Assembly (NCBI GenBank): GCA_963836205.1
Contig: CAWIIV010000006.1
Coordinates: 128,001 to 192,000 of the forward strand
Reading direction: 5' to 3'
Origin: an uncultured Acidimicrobiia bacterium
Lineage (GTDB): Bacteria; Actinomycetota; Acidimicrobiia; Acidimicrobiales; AC-14
DNA: 64,000 nucleotides
Below the pieces are notes generated by a model. That model had not been told where the DNA came from and made no database searches. It saw nothing but the letters and a program-made list of their open reading frames with translations. The position numbers and the translations under genes are program-made. Shown piece by piece: positions 43,878 to 52,706 of the stretch (its first letter is position 1; each line of letters begins with the position of its first letter).

Positions 43878-44663
43878 TCAGCTTGCCGCGCCCACGGCGC
43901 CCCCCGCCAGCAGGTCGTCGATGCTCCAGCACAGCTCCCGGAACGTCTGGTCCCGCAGCAGCGCCCGCTCCCGGCCCGGCCCGAAGGGGATGGCCAGCTC
44001 GGCCGCCACCTGCCCCGGCCGTGACGACAGCACGTAGACCCGGCTCGACAGGTAGACCGCCTCCTCCACGTCGTGGGTGACCATGAGGATGGTGGCGCCG
44101 GTGTCGGCCTGCACCTGGACCACGAAGTCCCGCATCGACGCCCGCGTCTGCGAGTCCAACGCCCCGAACGGCTCGTCGAAGAGCAGCACCGACGGCTCGG
44201 TGGCCAGGGCCCGGGCGATGGCCACCCGCTGCTGCATCCCGCCCGAGAGCTGCCGGGGCAGGGCGCCGGCAAAGTCCGACAGCCCCATCACCCGCAGGTA
44301 CTCGGTCACCCGGGAGGCGATGTCCGCCCGATCCATGCCCTTGAGCTCCAACCCGAAGCCGACGTTCTCCGCCACCGTCCGCCACGGATACAACGAGTAG
44401 CTCTGGAAGACGAGTCCCCGGTCGGGACCGGGACCGGAGACGTGGCGCCCGTCGACCAGCACCGCCCCCTCGGTGGCCTCGACCAGGCCCGCCGCGATCG
44501 ACAGCAGGGTCGACTTGCCACAGCCCGACGCTCCCACCAGCGTCACCAGCTCGCCCTCCGCCACGTGGAGGTCGACGTCGACCAGGGCCCGCACGATCCT
44601 GCCCTTGGCGTCGACGTAGTCCTTCGTCACCGCGATCATCTGCAACTTCGGAACCGCGGTCAT
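43878..44663 (-). CDS. NitT/TauT-type ABC transporter ATP-binding protein
   Basis: GASGCGKS, LSGGMQQR, DEPFGALD, VTHD. Confidence 0.93.
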   Translation of the reverse strand: MTAVPKLQMIAVTKDYVDAKGRIVRALVDVDLHVAEGELVTLVGASGCGKSTLLSIAAGLVEATEGAVLVDGRHVSGPGPDRGLVFQSYSLYPWRTVAENVGFGLELKGMDRADIASRVTEYLRVMGLSDFAGALPRQLSGGMQQRVAIARALATEPSVLLFDEPFGALDSQTRASMRDFVVQVQADTGATILMVTHDVEEAVYLSSRVYVLSSRPGQVAAELAIPFGPGRERALLRDQTFRELCWSIDDLLAGGAVGAAS

Positions 44664-45568
44664 CGGGCCCACGGCGCCAGCCGGTTGCGAAGGAGGCGGA
44701 ACCCGAGGTCGGTGGCCACGCCGATGAGGCCGATCACGATGAGCACGGCGAAGATGACGTCGGTGTCGAGGAACCTCCCGGCCCGCACGATGCGGTACCC
44801 GAAACCCTCCTGGGCGGCGATGAGCTCGGCCACCACCACCATGTTCCAGGTGGCGGCGATGTTCACCCGCATGGCGTCGATCAGGCCGGGGACGCAGTAG
44901 GGCACGATCACCTTGCGGATGACCTGCCACCGGCCCGCGCCCAGCGTGTACGAGACGTTGATCAGCTCGGCCGGCACCTGGGCGGCCACGTCGGCGCTCA
45001 TGAGGGTGTTGAAGAACACGGTGCCGATCACCAGCAGGGCGATCTTCGACGACTCCCCCAGCCCCAGCCAGATGACGAGCAGGGGGATGAACGCGGGCGC
45101 GGGCATGTAGCGGAGGAAGCCGATCATGGGCTCGAACAGGCCCCGGACCACGGGCCAGGTGCCCATGGCCAGGCCCAACGGCACGGAGATGGCGACCACC
45201 AGGACGAAGCCGATCACGATCCGGGTCAGGGTGGCCCGGGCGTCGGACCACAGCTCGCCGCTCGACGCCAGCCGACCGAAGGCGCGCAGCACCTTCGCCG
45301 GCGACGGCAGGAACGTCGAGTCGACGACGCCGGTGCTGCTCACTGCCGTCCACACGAGGAGCGGAACCAGCACCGAGATGACGGCCAACGGCAGGCGCAG
45401 CCGTTCGGGGACCTGCTCCCGCAGGCGCAGCATCCGGATCCGGGGCCGGCCCGGAGCCAGCACCCGACGCAGCCTCGGGCCCGGTGGCGAGCCGGGGCCG
45501 ACCGGCCCCCCGTCCACCCCCTGCTCGCCGGGCGCGGCCGCGGGCTCGGTCACCCCGATCTCGGTCAC
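44660..45568 (-). CDS. NitT/TauT-type ABC transporter permease
   Basis: FLPSP, RYMPAPAFIPL..W.G.GE, VAELIAA. Confidence 0.92.
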   Translation of the reverse strand: MTEIGVTEPAAAPGEQGVDGGPVGPGSPPGPRLRRVLAPGRPRIRMLRLREQVPERLRLPLAVISVLVPLLVWTAVSSTGVVDSTFLPSPAKVLRAFGRLASSGELWSDARATLTRIVIGFVLVVAISVPLGLAMGTWPVVRGLFEPMIGFLRYMPAPAFIPLLVIWLGLGESSKIALLVIGTVFFNTLMSADVAAQVPAELINVSYTLGAGRWQVIRKVIVPYCVPGLIDAMRVNIAATWNMVVVAELIAAQEGFGYRIVRAGRFLDTDVIFAVLIVIGLIGVATDLGFRLLRNRLAPWAR

Positions 45569-45572
45569 CGGG

Positions 45573-46580
45573 TCAACCGGCGGCCGCCCGGGCGGTCACG
45601 AACGTGGGATCGAGCAGTCCGGCCAGGTCGGGCGCGGTGTCGACCAGCTTGGAGTCGACCAGGAAGGTGGCGATCTGGCGGGCGGCGAAGTCGAGGTGCT
45701 TCTGGTCGTTCCCCGGCGCCAAGGCCTCGACGTTGTCGGCCAGGGTGAAGATGGTGGTGCCGGCGTCGTACTCGCGGTAGGCGGCCACGTCGACCCCCGC
45801 CCGCTTGGCCATGATGGCCACCGCCTCGTCGGCGTTGGCGCCGATGTAGTCGATCGTGTCGAACCAGGCGTCGACCAGCTTCTGGACGTCGCCCGGTCTC
45901 GCCTGCACGAACGCGGCATCCATCACCAGGTGGTCGGGAATGGCGCCCGGGAAGTCGGCCGAGCTGAACAACACCTTCGACCCCTGCCGCTCCCGAGCGA
46001 CGTCGGTGAAGGGGGCGAAGGCGCCCACCGCGTCGAGCCGGCCGGAGGCGAAGGCGGCCGCGGCGGCGTCGGTGAGGAGGGGCTGGAGGTCGACGTCGGC
46101 CGGCGTCATCCCCGCCCGCTGGAGCCCGAGCAGGAGGAGGTAGTGGTCGACGGTGCCCTCCTCGACCCCCACCTTCTTGCCCCGGAGGTCCGCCACCGAC
46201 GCGATCTCGGCCGCGGCGATGATCTGGTCGTTGCCGGTGGAGTTGTCGTTGACCAGCACGATCGACTGCTTCGACCCGCCCGACACCGACGAGATGGTGT
46301 CGTTGAGGGTCTGGCTGTTCCCGTCGATGTTCCCGGTGGCCAGGGCGTTGAGGGAGTCGGTGTAGCTCTCGAAGTAGGTGAGATCGACGTCGAGCCCGTG
46401 CCTGGCGAAGATCCCCTTCTCCTCCGCCACCTGCCACGGGAACCACCCCGGCCAGGCGCTGAAGCCGAGGGAGACCTTGCTCAGCCCGGGTGTCGACGAC
46501 GAGTCGTCGTCGCTGCCACCGCAGGCGGCCAGCCCCACCAGGCCGATCACGACCACCGCCGCTGCCAGACGTCTACGCAT
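45573..46580 (-). CDS. ABC substrate-binding lipoprotein, probable guanidine-binding
   Basis: Lipobox LAAC; SAWPGW, QTLNDT, DNSTGND; under a guanidine riboswitch. Confidence 0.85.
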   Translation of the reverse strand: MRRRLAAAVVVIGLVGLAACGGSDDDSSSTPGLSKVSLGFSAWPGWFPWQVAEEKGIFARHGLDVDLTYFESYTDSLNALATGNIDGNSQTLNDTISSVSGGSKQSIVLVNDNSTGNDQIIAAAEIASVADLRGKKVGVEEGTVDHYLLLLGLQRAGMTPADVDLQPLLTDAAAAAFASGRLDAVGAFAPFTDVARERQGSKVLFSSADFPGAIPDHLVMDAAFVQARPGDVQKLVDAWFDTIDYIGANADEAVAIMAKRAGVDVAAYREYDAGTTIFTLADNVEALAPGNDQKHLDFAARQIATFLVDSKLVDTAPDLAGLLDPTFVTARAAAG

Positions 46581-47700
46581 CGCTCGACTCCTTCTTGGGT
46601 CGCGGCAGGTGGCCGTGGTTGACGAGGGTCCCCAGGACGTCGCAGATCACCCGGGTCCCGAGGAGCGACGTGATCTCGGCGCTGTCGTACGGCGGCGAGC
46701 ACTCCACGATCTCGATCCCGGCCAGGCCCCGGGCCGCGACCCCCTTGACCAGCTTCAATGCCTCCCGGGGCAGGAAGCCGCCCGGCTCCGGCCAGCCCGT
46801 CCCGGGGACGAAGGCGGCGTCGAGGCAGTCGACGTCGAACGACAGCCACACCGCCTCGGCCCCGTCCCACGCCACCTCGAGGGCGTGCTCGATGGCGGCG
46901 TCGAGGCCCATGTCGACGCAGTCGTTGACGGTCATGATCGTCGTCTCCCGCTCCCGGCAGACCTTGACCCCGGGTCGGGGCGCCTGCCACCCGCCGATGC
47001 CTATCTGGACCAGGTTCTTGGCCGGGACGTTGGGGATGTCGGTGGCGTGGAACCAGGGGGTGGTGTGCATCCGTTCGTCGAGGTCGGTCTCCTGGGTGTC
47101 GACGTGGCGGTCGAAGTGGATGATCCCCAGGTTGCCGCCGCCCAGGTGAGGAGCCACCGCCCGCACCGTGGGGTAGCCGATGGAGTGGTCGCCGCCGAGC
47201 ACCACCGGGAAGGCCCCGCTGGCGTAGACGTGGGACACCGCCTTGGTGATCTGGTCGAACGACTTCTCGATGTTGCCGGGGATGGTGAAGATGTCGCCCA
47301 GGTCGCACATGGTGATCGACTCCCGCAGGTCGACCCCCAGCTCGAAGGAGTACGGGCCGTAGAGGGTGGAGATCGCCCGCATCCCGCGGGGGCCGAAGCG
47401 GGTGCCGGGCCGGTAGGTGGTGCCCGAGTCGTGGGGGGCGCCCACGACGGCCACGTCGTACCGGCCGCACGTGCGCACGTCCTCGACGTAGGGCGCCTTG
47501 AGGAACGTGGTGATGCCGGCGTAGTGGGGCAGCTCGCCCCGGCTGAAGGTGGGGATGGTCTTGTCGACGATGGAGTCGGCGCCCGGCAGGCCCATCTCCA
47601 GGCCCCGGGCGATCTCCCGGCGCCACCCGTCGAGGGGGATGAGGACCTCCGCCTCCAGCGCCCGCCTCGCTTCGGGCCCGTGCCGGTCGTGAACTGCCAC
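46573..47700 (-). CDS. gdmH: Ureohydrolase (arginase/agmatinase family), probable guanidine hydrolase
   Basis: IPTFSRGELPHYAG.TFLKAPY N-terminal extension as recalled for GdmH; GGDHS, DRHVD, SFDVD..D, PGTGWPEPGG; AGAGGAG RBS. Confidence 0.82.
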   Translation of the reverse strand: MAVHDRHGPEARRALEAEVLIPLDGWRREIARGLEMGLPGADSIVDKTIPTFSRGELPHYAGITTFLKAPYVEDVRTCGRYDVAVVGAPHDSGTTYRPGTRFGPRGMRAISTLYGPYSFELGVDLRESITMCDLGDIFTIPGNIEKSFDQITKAVSHVYASGAFPVVLGGDHSIGYPTVRAVAPHLGGGNLGIIHFDRHVDTQETDLDERMHTTPWFHATDIPNVPAKNLVQIGIGGWQAPRPGVKVCRERETTIMTVNDCVDMGLDAAIEHALEVAWDGAEAVWLSFDVDCLDAAFVPGTGWPEPGGFLPREALKLVKGVAARGLAGIEIVECSPPYDSAEITSLLGTRVICDVLGTLVNHGHLPRPKKESSDA

Positions 47701-47737
47701 CTGTCGGCTGCTCCTCTCTGGTGACCGACCCGGCGAA

Positions 47738-47779
47738 CGAGAAAGCCCGGGACGATCGATGTCGATCTCCCGGGCTTTT
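47738..47779 (-). terminator. Riboswitch expression-platform hairpin
   Basis: AAAGCCCGGGA...UCCCGGGCUUUCUC sequesters the 3' tail of the aptamer. Confidence 0.7.
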
Positions 47780-47860
47780 GTCCCTCCGTGTGACGAGTCG
47801 CAGCTCGCCTGCACCTCTCGGACCAGACCCCCCACGAGTGGGGGCGGAACCCTAGGTGCC
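47767..47860 (-). ncRNA. Guanidine-I (ykkC/yxkD) riboswitch
   Basis: CUAGGGUUCCG...CUGGUCCGAGAG...ACACGGAGGGACAAAAGCCCGGGAG matches the ykkC subtype-1 consensus. Confidence 0.93.
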
Positions 47861-47924
47861 GTGTGTTTTCAGTTGTGATGGGACGGTACGCACCCTTCGT
47901 TTCTGCCGTGTTTCCGACGAACGA

Positions 47925-47958
47925 CGAACTGGTGACACGGTCGCCGGACAACGTCACC
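47925..47958. repeat. Short REP-like palindrome copy
   Basis: CGAACTGGTGAC...GTCACC. Confidence 0.6.
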
Positions 47959-48010
47959 GCGGCGGAGCATCCGCGGTTGGCGGCGGGCGGCTACGTAGCG
48001 TTTGCGACGC

Positions 48011-48799
48011 GTGCGGCCCGTCCTCTTTCACGCCGGCTCCTACGGGGTGCCGACCCACGCCTTCTTCGTCGCCCTCGGGCTGCTGGCCGCGGGCATGGTG
48101 TTCGTGGTGGAGGCCCGGCGGCGGGGTCGGCTGGACGAGGCCATGGGGTGGATCGTGGCCGGCACCCTCCTCGGCGGCGCGATCGGCGCCCGCCTGAGCA
48201 CGCTGTGGGGCTACGTCGACGACGCCGCCGACCCGAGCCTCGTCGGCGCGGCCCTCGACGGCGGCAAGAGCATCCTGGGCGGGCTGTCCGGCGCCTATGT
48301 CGGAGCCCTCGTCACCAAGCGCATCCTGGGCTACCGCCGGTCCACCGGCGACCTGTTCGTGCCCGCGGTGGCCCTGGGCATGGCCGTGGGCCGGGTGGGC
48401 TGCTTCCTCACCGAGCAGGTCGGCACGCCCACGTCGATGCCGTGGGGCATCCACCTGAGCCCGGAGGCGGCGGCCCGCATCCCCCACTGCCCGTGGTGCG
48501 CGTCGGGCGTCGCCATGCACCCGTCGATGCTCTACGAGATCGCCTTCCACGCGGTCGCCTTCGTGGTGGTCCTCCGCCTCCGGGGCCGCCTGCGGACGGA
48601 AGGCGACGTGTTCAAGCTCTACCTGCTCGGCTACGCCCTCTTCCGCTTCTGGGTCGAGTTCGTGCGGGGCGGCGACCAGGTGCTGGCCGGTCTCACCCGG
48701 CCCCAGCTCTTCCTCGTCCCGTCAGGCCTGGTGCTGGCCGCCTACTTCGCCCGCCGGGTGACGCGGCCGGCCCCGGTGTCCGTGGCGGCGGACCGATGA
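48011..48799 (+). CDS. Lgt-family (prolipoprotein diacylglyceryl transferase-like) membrane protein
   Basis: GGKSILGG, GRVGCFL, HPSMLYE, RFWVEFVR. Confidence 0.85.
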   Translation: MRPVLFHAGSYGVPTHAFFVALGLLAAGMVFVVEARRRGRLDEAMGWIVAGTLLGGAIGARLSTLWGYVDDAADPSLVGAALDGGKSILGGLSGAYVGALVTKRILGYRRSTGDLFVPAVALGMAVGRVGCFLTEQVGTPTSMPWGIHLSPEAAARIPHCPWCASGVAMHPSMLYEIAFHAVAFVVVLRLRGRLRTEGDVFKLYLLGYALFRFWVEFVRGGDQVLAGLTRPQLFLVPSGLVLAAYFARRVTRPAPVSVAADR

Positions 48800-48854
48800 G
48801 CCCCGATTGATGAGCCCCGATTGATGAGCCCCGATTGATGAGCCCCGATTGATG
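48796..48854 (+). repeat. 4x 14-bp tandem repeat ATGAGCCCCGATTG, each a mini-ORF MSPD*
   Basis: ATGs at 48796, 48810, 48824, 48838 and 48852; each TGA overlaps the next ATG. Confidence 0.95.
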
Positions 48855-49079
48855 GACACCGTCCTGGCCGTCCTCCTTCTCGTCGGCCTGGCCCTCCTCC
48901 TGGCGTCGGCGGGCGGCGTGGCGCTGGCCAGCATCGTGAGGGCCCGTCACCGGAACCTGCCTCCCGACGAGGTGCAGCGCAAGGCGGCGGCCGCCTTCTG
49001 GATCGGGTCGATCGTGGGACTTGCCCTGGAGCTGGTCCTGTTCGGGATGTGTGTCTCGATGTTGAACCAGATGGGTTAG
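48852..49079 (+). CDS. Small 2-TM protein with C-terminal ELVLFGMC motif
   Basis: 75 aa, coupled to the last mini-ORF; paralogue of the next ORF. Confidence 0.7.
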   Translation: MDTVLAVLLLVGLALLLASAGGVALASIVRARHRNLPPDEVQRKAAAAFWIGSIVGLALELVLFGMCVSMLNQMG

Positions 49080-49082
49080 CGG

Positions 49083-49286
49083 ATGGACATCGTCAACGCC
49101 ATCCTCGGGCTGACCCTGCTCTTCGCGGCGCCGGCCACGATCATCGGCGGCATCGCCGCCATCATCGCCCTCGCGTCCGGCCACCGGGCCGTGCGGGCCT
49201 TCTGGATTGCCTTCGTCATCGTCGTCGCCATCGAGCTCATCCTCTTCGGGATCTGTCTCGCCGCCTTCCGGGACTTCGGCGGCTGA
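49083..49286 (+). CDS. Small 2-TM protein with C-terminal ELILFGIC motif
   Basis: 67 aa; TGATG overlap with the radical SAM gene. Confidence 0.72.
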   Translation: MDIVNAILGLTLLFAAPATIIGGIAAIIALASGHRAVRAFWIAFVIVVAIELILFGICLAAFRDFGG

Positions 49287-50884
49287 TGCGGGGCATGCCC
49301 CTGCGGGGTGACCGCATCCTGCGCTACGTCACCGCCTTCTGCCCCACCTGCCACGCGGAACGACCCGACCGACCCCTCGCCGAGGTGGCCCGCCTCGGCG
49401 GCTACCTCTCGGAGGCCGACGGGCGGGTGTGGCTGGTCCGGGGCTGCCCGACCCACGGGCGCATCGTCACCCTCTACGACGAGTCGCCCGAGATCCTGGC
49501 CTACCTCGAGCAGTGGACGGCGCCCACCAAGGCCCACCGCCCCGACACCCCGGGCAACTTCGACCCCATCCCGTCCGCCTACCTCCGGGGTCTCGGCGAG
49601 CTCCAGACCCAGCACACGTGCACCCTGCTGGAGGACATCGCCGAGAAGTGCAACCTGCGCTGCCCCACCTGCTTCACCGACTCCGGGCCCGAGCGGGCCG
49701 GTCTCGTACCCATCCACGACGTGGTGGCGAACGTCGACCAGCGCCTGGCCCGGGAGAACGGCGCCCTCGACGTGGTCATGGTGAGCGGCGGCGAGCCCAC
49801 AGTCCACCCGGACCTGGTCGAGATCCTCGACCGCATCCTCGAGCGGGACGTCACCCGGATCCTGGTCAACACCAACGGCATGCGCCTGGCCCACGACGAC
49901 GCGCTGCTGGCCGCCCTGGCCGAGCGCCGCGACCGGGTCGAGGTCTACCTCCAGTTCGACGGGTTCCGGGCCGCCACCCACCGCCATCACCGGGGAGCCG
50001 ACGTGGGAGCCGTCAAGCGGAAGGTGGTCGAGCGGCTGCGCGACGCCGAGATCTTCATGACCCTCACCATGACCGCCGCCCTGGGCGTCAACGACGACGA
50101 GATCGGCGACGTGGTCAACTTCGGCCTCGACACCCCCTACGTGGGCGGGGTCAGCATCCAGCCCCAGTTCGGGTCGGGCCGGTCGGGCGCCATCGACCCC
50201 CTCGACCGCCTCACCCACACCGGCGTGCTGGCGCGCCTCGGCCCTCAGACCGGCGGCCGCTTCGGCTGGCGGGACATGACCGCCCTGCCCTGCTCCCACC
50301 CCCATTGCTGCAGCATCGGCTACGCCATCCGCACCGACGCCGGCGAGTGGAAGTCGCTGGTGGGCATGATCGGCCACGAGGAGCTCAAGGCGAACCTCGA
50401 CCTGGTCAGCAACCGGATCGCCGACCGGGAGCTGCCCGCCCGCCTGCGCCGACTGCTGAAGGACTCGCTCCTGGGCCTACTCAGCGACCAGGCGTCGCTC
50501 ACCCATCCGAGCGTGCCCCAGCTGCTCCGCAACGTGTGCGACCACTGCGACCTGGGCGTGCGCACGCTCGCCCGCATCACCACCCGCCCCGGGGCCGAAG
50601 GCCGCCGCCGCATCCGGGACCTGCTGGCCCACCGGGTGAAGCGCATCGTGGTGAAGCCGTTCATGGACCTCGACACCATGATCGAGGAGCGGCTCCAGCA
50701 GTGCTGCGTGCACGTCGGGTCCCGGGGCGCCGACCACAACGGCGACGGTGGCGGCCACCAGTGCGCCCCCTTCTGCGCCATGCAGGCGTGGCCCGCCCTG
50801 GGCGCCACCCGCCTATCGGCGACGGCGACCGCCGAGTCCGCTGCCGCCGAGGACCAGCCGGTCACGCTCGGCCGCCGTGGCTGA
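49286..50884 (+). CDS. Radical SAM enzyme, tetraether synthase (Tes/GDGT-MAS/MJ0619)-like family
   Basis: N-terminal CPTC...CPTHG, CNLRCPTCF, GGEPT, VYLQFDG, PCSHPHC, CCVH...PFC. Confidence 0.85.
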   Translation: MRGMPLRGDRILRYVTAFCPTCHAERPDRPLAEVARLGGYLSEADGRVWLVRGCPTHGRIVTLYDESPEILAYLEQWTAPTKAHRPDTPGNFDPIPSAYLRGLGELQTQHTCTLLEDIAEKCNLRCPTCFTDSGPERAGLVPIHDVVANVDQRLARENGALDVVMVSGGEPTVHPDLVEILDRILERDVTRILVNTNGMRLAHDDALLAALAERRDRVEVYLQFDGFRAATHRHHRGADVGAVKRKVVERLRDAEIFMTLTMTAALGVNDDEIGDVVNFGLDTPYVGGVSIQPQFGSGRSGAIDPLDRLTHTGVLARLGPQTGGRFGWRDMTALPCSHPHCCSIGYAIRTDAGEWKSLVGMIGHEELKANLDLVSNRIADRELPARLRRLLKDSLLGLLSDQASLTHPSVPQLLRNVCDHCDLGVRTLARITTRPGAEGRRRIRDLLAHRVKRIVVKPFMDLDTMIEERLQQCCVHVGSRGADHNGDGGGHQCAPFCAMQAWPALGATRLSATATAESAAAEDQPVTLGRRG

Positions 50885-51164
50885 CCCCCGCATCCCGGCC
50901 GCCCTCCGGGGAGCGTCGGAGCCTTCGGAGTCGCCGTCCGACCCGCTCCACTGGTGCGTGTTCACCACCGTCAGCCTGCTGACGTGGGCCCTGGGCCCGG
51001 CCGTGCTCGTCGTCTTCTCGACGGCCGGTCTGGTGGCCTACTCACGATCCTTCGCCCGTGGCCGGCGCCGCAGCCGCTGCCTGCTGCGCGACACCCGCCT
51101 GGTGGTGGCCTACCTGGCCGTCACCCTCGCCTTGGGCGTCGTCGCCACCGTCCGCGGCCTGTAA
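50877..51164 (+). CDS. Small membrane hypothetical protein
   Basis: GTG overlaps the rSAM end; DPLHWCVFTTV...SRCLLRDTRLV with about 3 hydrophobic segments. Confidence 0.65.
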   Translation: MADPRIPAALRGASEPSESPSDPLHWCVFTTVSLLTWALGPAVLVVFSTAGLVAYSRSFARGRRRSRCLLRDTRLVVAYLAVTLALGVVATVRGL

Positions 51165-51257
51165 CCCGTCCCCCGGGACGGCCCCGAAGCCGTCAGCTAC
51201 GGGCCACGGAGATGCAAGAGAAGCGACAGGTAATGGTCATGGGGCCTACATGCTCGC

Positions 51258-51273
51258 TTCACGGACGGGCAAT
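51258..51273 (+). promoter_or_regulatory. Possible GlnR-type box upstream of urtA
   Basis: TTCAC-N6-GCAAT loosely fits gTnAc-N6-GaAAc; context is a nitrogen-scavenging operon. Confidence 0.3.
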
Positions 51274-51326
51274 GGCGCCTCCCTATGGTTCGGCGGAAAT
51301 TGATCCGTCGAGCACTGAGGGGGCTC

Positions 51327-52619
51327 ATGGGAATGCGCAGACGATCGGCGCGAAGCCGATCGATGTCGAGAAGTCTGGTCGCGGTCGCAGCGGCGGCGGG
51401 GTTGGTCCTGGCCGCCTGCGGCAGCGACGACGACACTGCAGGCACTGCGACGGGGCCGGAGACGGTCAAGGTCGGGATCCTGCACTCGCTGAGCGGGACG
51501 ATGTCGATCAGTGAGGTCGCCGTCCGGGACGCGTCGCTGCTGGCGATCAAGGAGATCAACGCCGCCGGGGGCGTGATGGGCAAGGAGATCGATCCGGTCG
51601 TGCGGGACGGGAAGTCGGACTGGCCCACGTTCGCCCAGGAGTTGGAGTCGCTCATCACCACCGAGAAGGTGGCGGTGACGTTCGGCGGGTGGACGTCGGC
51701 CAGCCGCAAGGCCATGAAGCCGGTGGTCGAGGGCCTCGACGGGCTGCTGTTCTACCCGGTCCAGTACGAGGGCCTGGAGGTGTCGCCCAACATCTTCTAC
51801 ACCGGCGCCACCACCAACCAGCAGATCATCCCCGCCCTCGACTACCTGAAGGAGAAGGGCCTCACCCGGCTGTTCCTGGTCGGCTCGAACTACGTCTTCC
51901 CCCAAACGGCCAACAAGGAGATCAAGGCCTACGCCGCCGCCAACGGCATGGAGATCCTCGGCGAGGAGTACCTGGAGCTGGGTGAGAAGAACGCCCAGAC
52001 CGTGGTTCAGAAGGTGCTCGACGCCAACCCCCAGGTCGTGTTCAACACCCTCAACGGGGACACCAACGTGAGCTTCTTCCAGGAGCTGAAGGCCAAGGGC
52101 AACACCCCCGACAAGATCCAGACCATCTCGGTGTCGATCGCGGAGGAGGAGACCAGGGGCGTCGGCATCCCCAACCTGGTCGGCCACCTGGTGGCCTGGA
52201 ACTACTACCAGACCACCGACCTGCCCCGGAACACGGCGTTCGTGGCGGCCTACAAGGCCGAATACGGGCCCAACCGCAACACCGACGACCCCATTGAGGC
52301 CGGCTACAACTCGGTCTACATCTGGAAGGCAGCGGTGGAGAAGGCCCAGTCCTTCGACGTCGAGGCCGTTACTGCCGCCGCCGGGGGCCTGGTGCTGGAC
52401 ACGCCCGAGGGCCTCCTCACCGTCCACCCGACCAACCACCACGTGGCCAAGACGGCACGGATCGGCGTGATCAACGACCAGGGGCTCATCGACGAGGTGT
52501 GGACCTCGGGCAAGCCCATCGAGCCCGATCCCTGCCTCGACACCTACCCCTGGGCGGCGGCCGCGGGACTGGCCACCCCCGAGGCACGCGCCGAGTGCGA
52601 CGCGGCCAAGGCCAGCTAG
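51327..52619 (+). CDS. urtA: Urea ABC transporter substrate-binding lipoprotein
   Basis: VGILHSLSGTMSISE, FGGWTSASRK, YPVQYEG, NTLNGD, WNYYQ; lipobox LAAC. Start may be 51363. Confidence 0.94.
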   Translation: MGMRRRSARSRSMSRSLVAVAAAAGLVLAACGSDDDTAGTATGPETVKVGILHSLSGTMSISEVAVRDASLLAIKEINAAGGVMGKEIDPVVRDGKSDWPTFAQELESLITTEKVAVTFGGWTSASRKAMKPVVEGLDGLLFYPVQYEGLEVSPNIFYTGATTNQQIIPALDYLKEKGLTRLFLVGSNYVFPQTANKEIKAYAAANGMEILGEEYLELGEKNAQTVVQKVLDANPQVVFNTLNGDTNVSFFQELKAKGNTPDKIQTISVSIAEEETRGVGIPNLVGHLVAWNYYQTTDLPRNTAFVAAYKAEYGPNRNTDDPIEAGYNSVYIWKAAVEKAQSFDVEAVTAAAGGLVLDTPEGLLTVHPTNHHVAKTARIGVINDQGLIDEVWTSGKPIEPDPCLDTYPWAAAAGLATPEARAECDAAKAS

Positions 52620-52638
52620 CGCTAGCGGAGTGAGGAAC

Positions 52639-52670
52639 GTCCGCCGCCCGGCCCCGCCCGGGCGGCGGAC
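52639..52670 (+). other. Intercistronic stem-loop after urtA
   Basis: Perfect 13-bp stem GTCCGCCGCCCGG/CCGGGCGGCGGAC with no U tail. Confidence 0.7.
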
Positions 52671-52706
52671 CTTCATGCTGGCCTCACCTCGCGAGGAGCA
52701 CACGAC

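Noticed and set aside
47701-47835. Longer start for the ureohydrolase
   Set aside because: Overlaps the riboswitch; the RBS supports GTG 47700.
48011-48799. Calling this the housekeeping lgt
   Set aside because: Lacks the canonical SFHGG/GRxGN signature and sits in an accessory operon; gene symbol withheld.
49286-50884. MoaA or methanopterin methyltransferase annotation
   Set aside because: Cys pattern fits the MJ0619/Tes family rather than MoaA. The methyltransferase label is the older assignment for MJ0619, and no methanopterin context is present.
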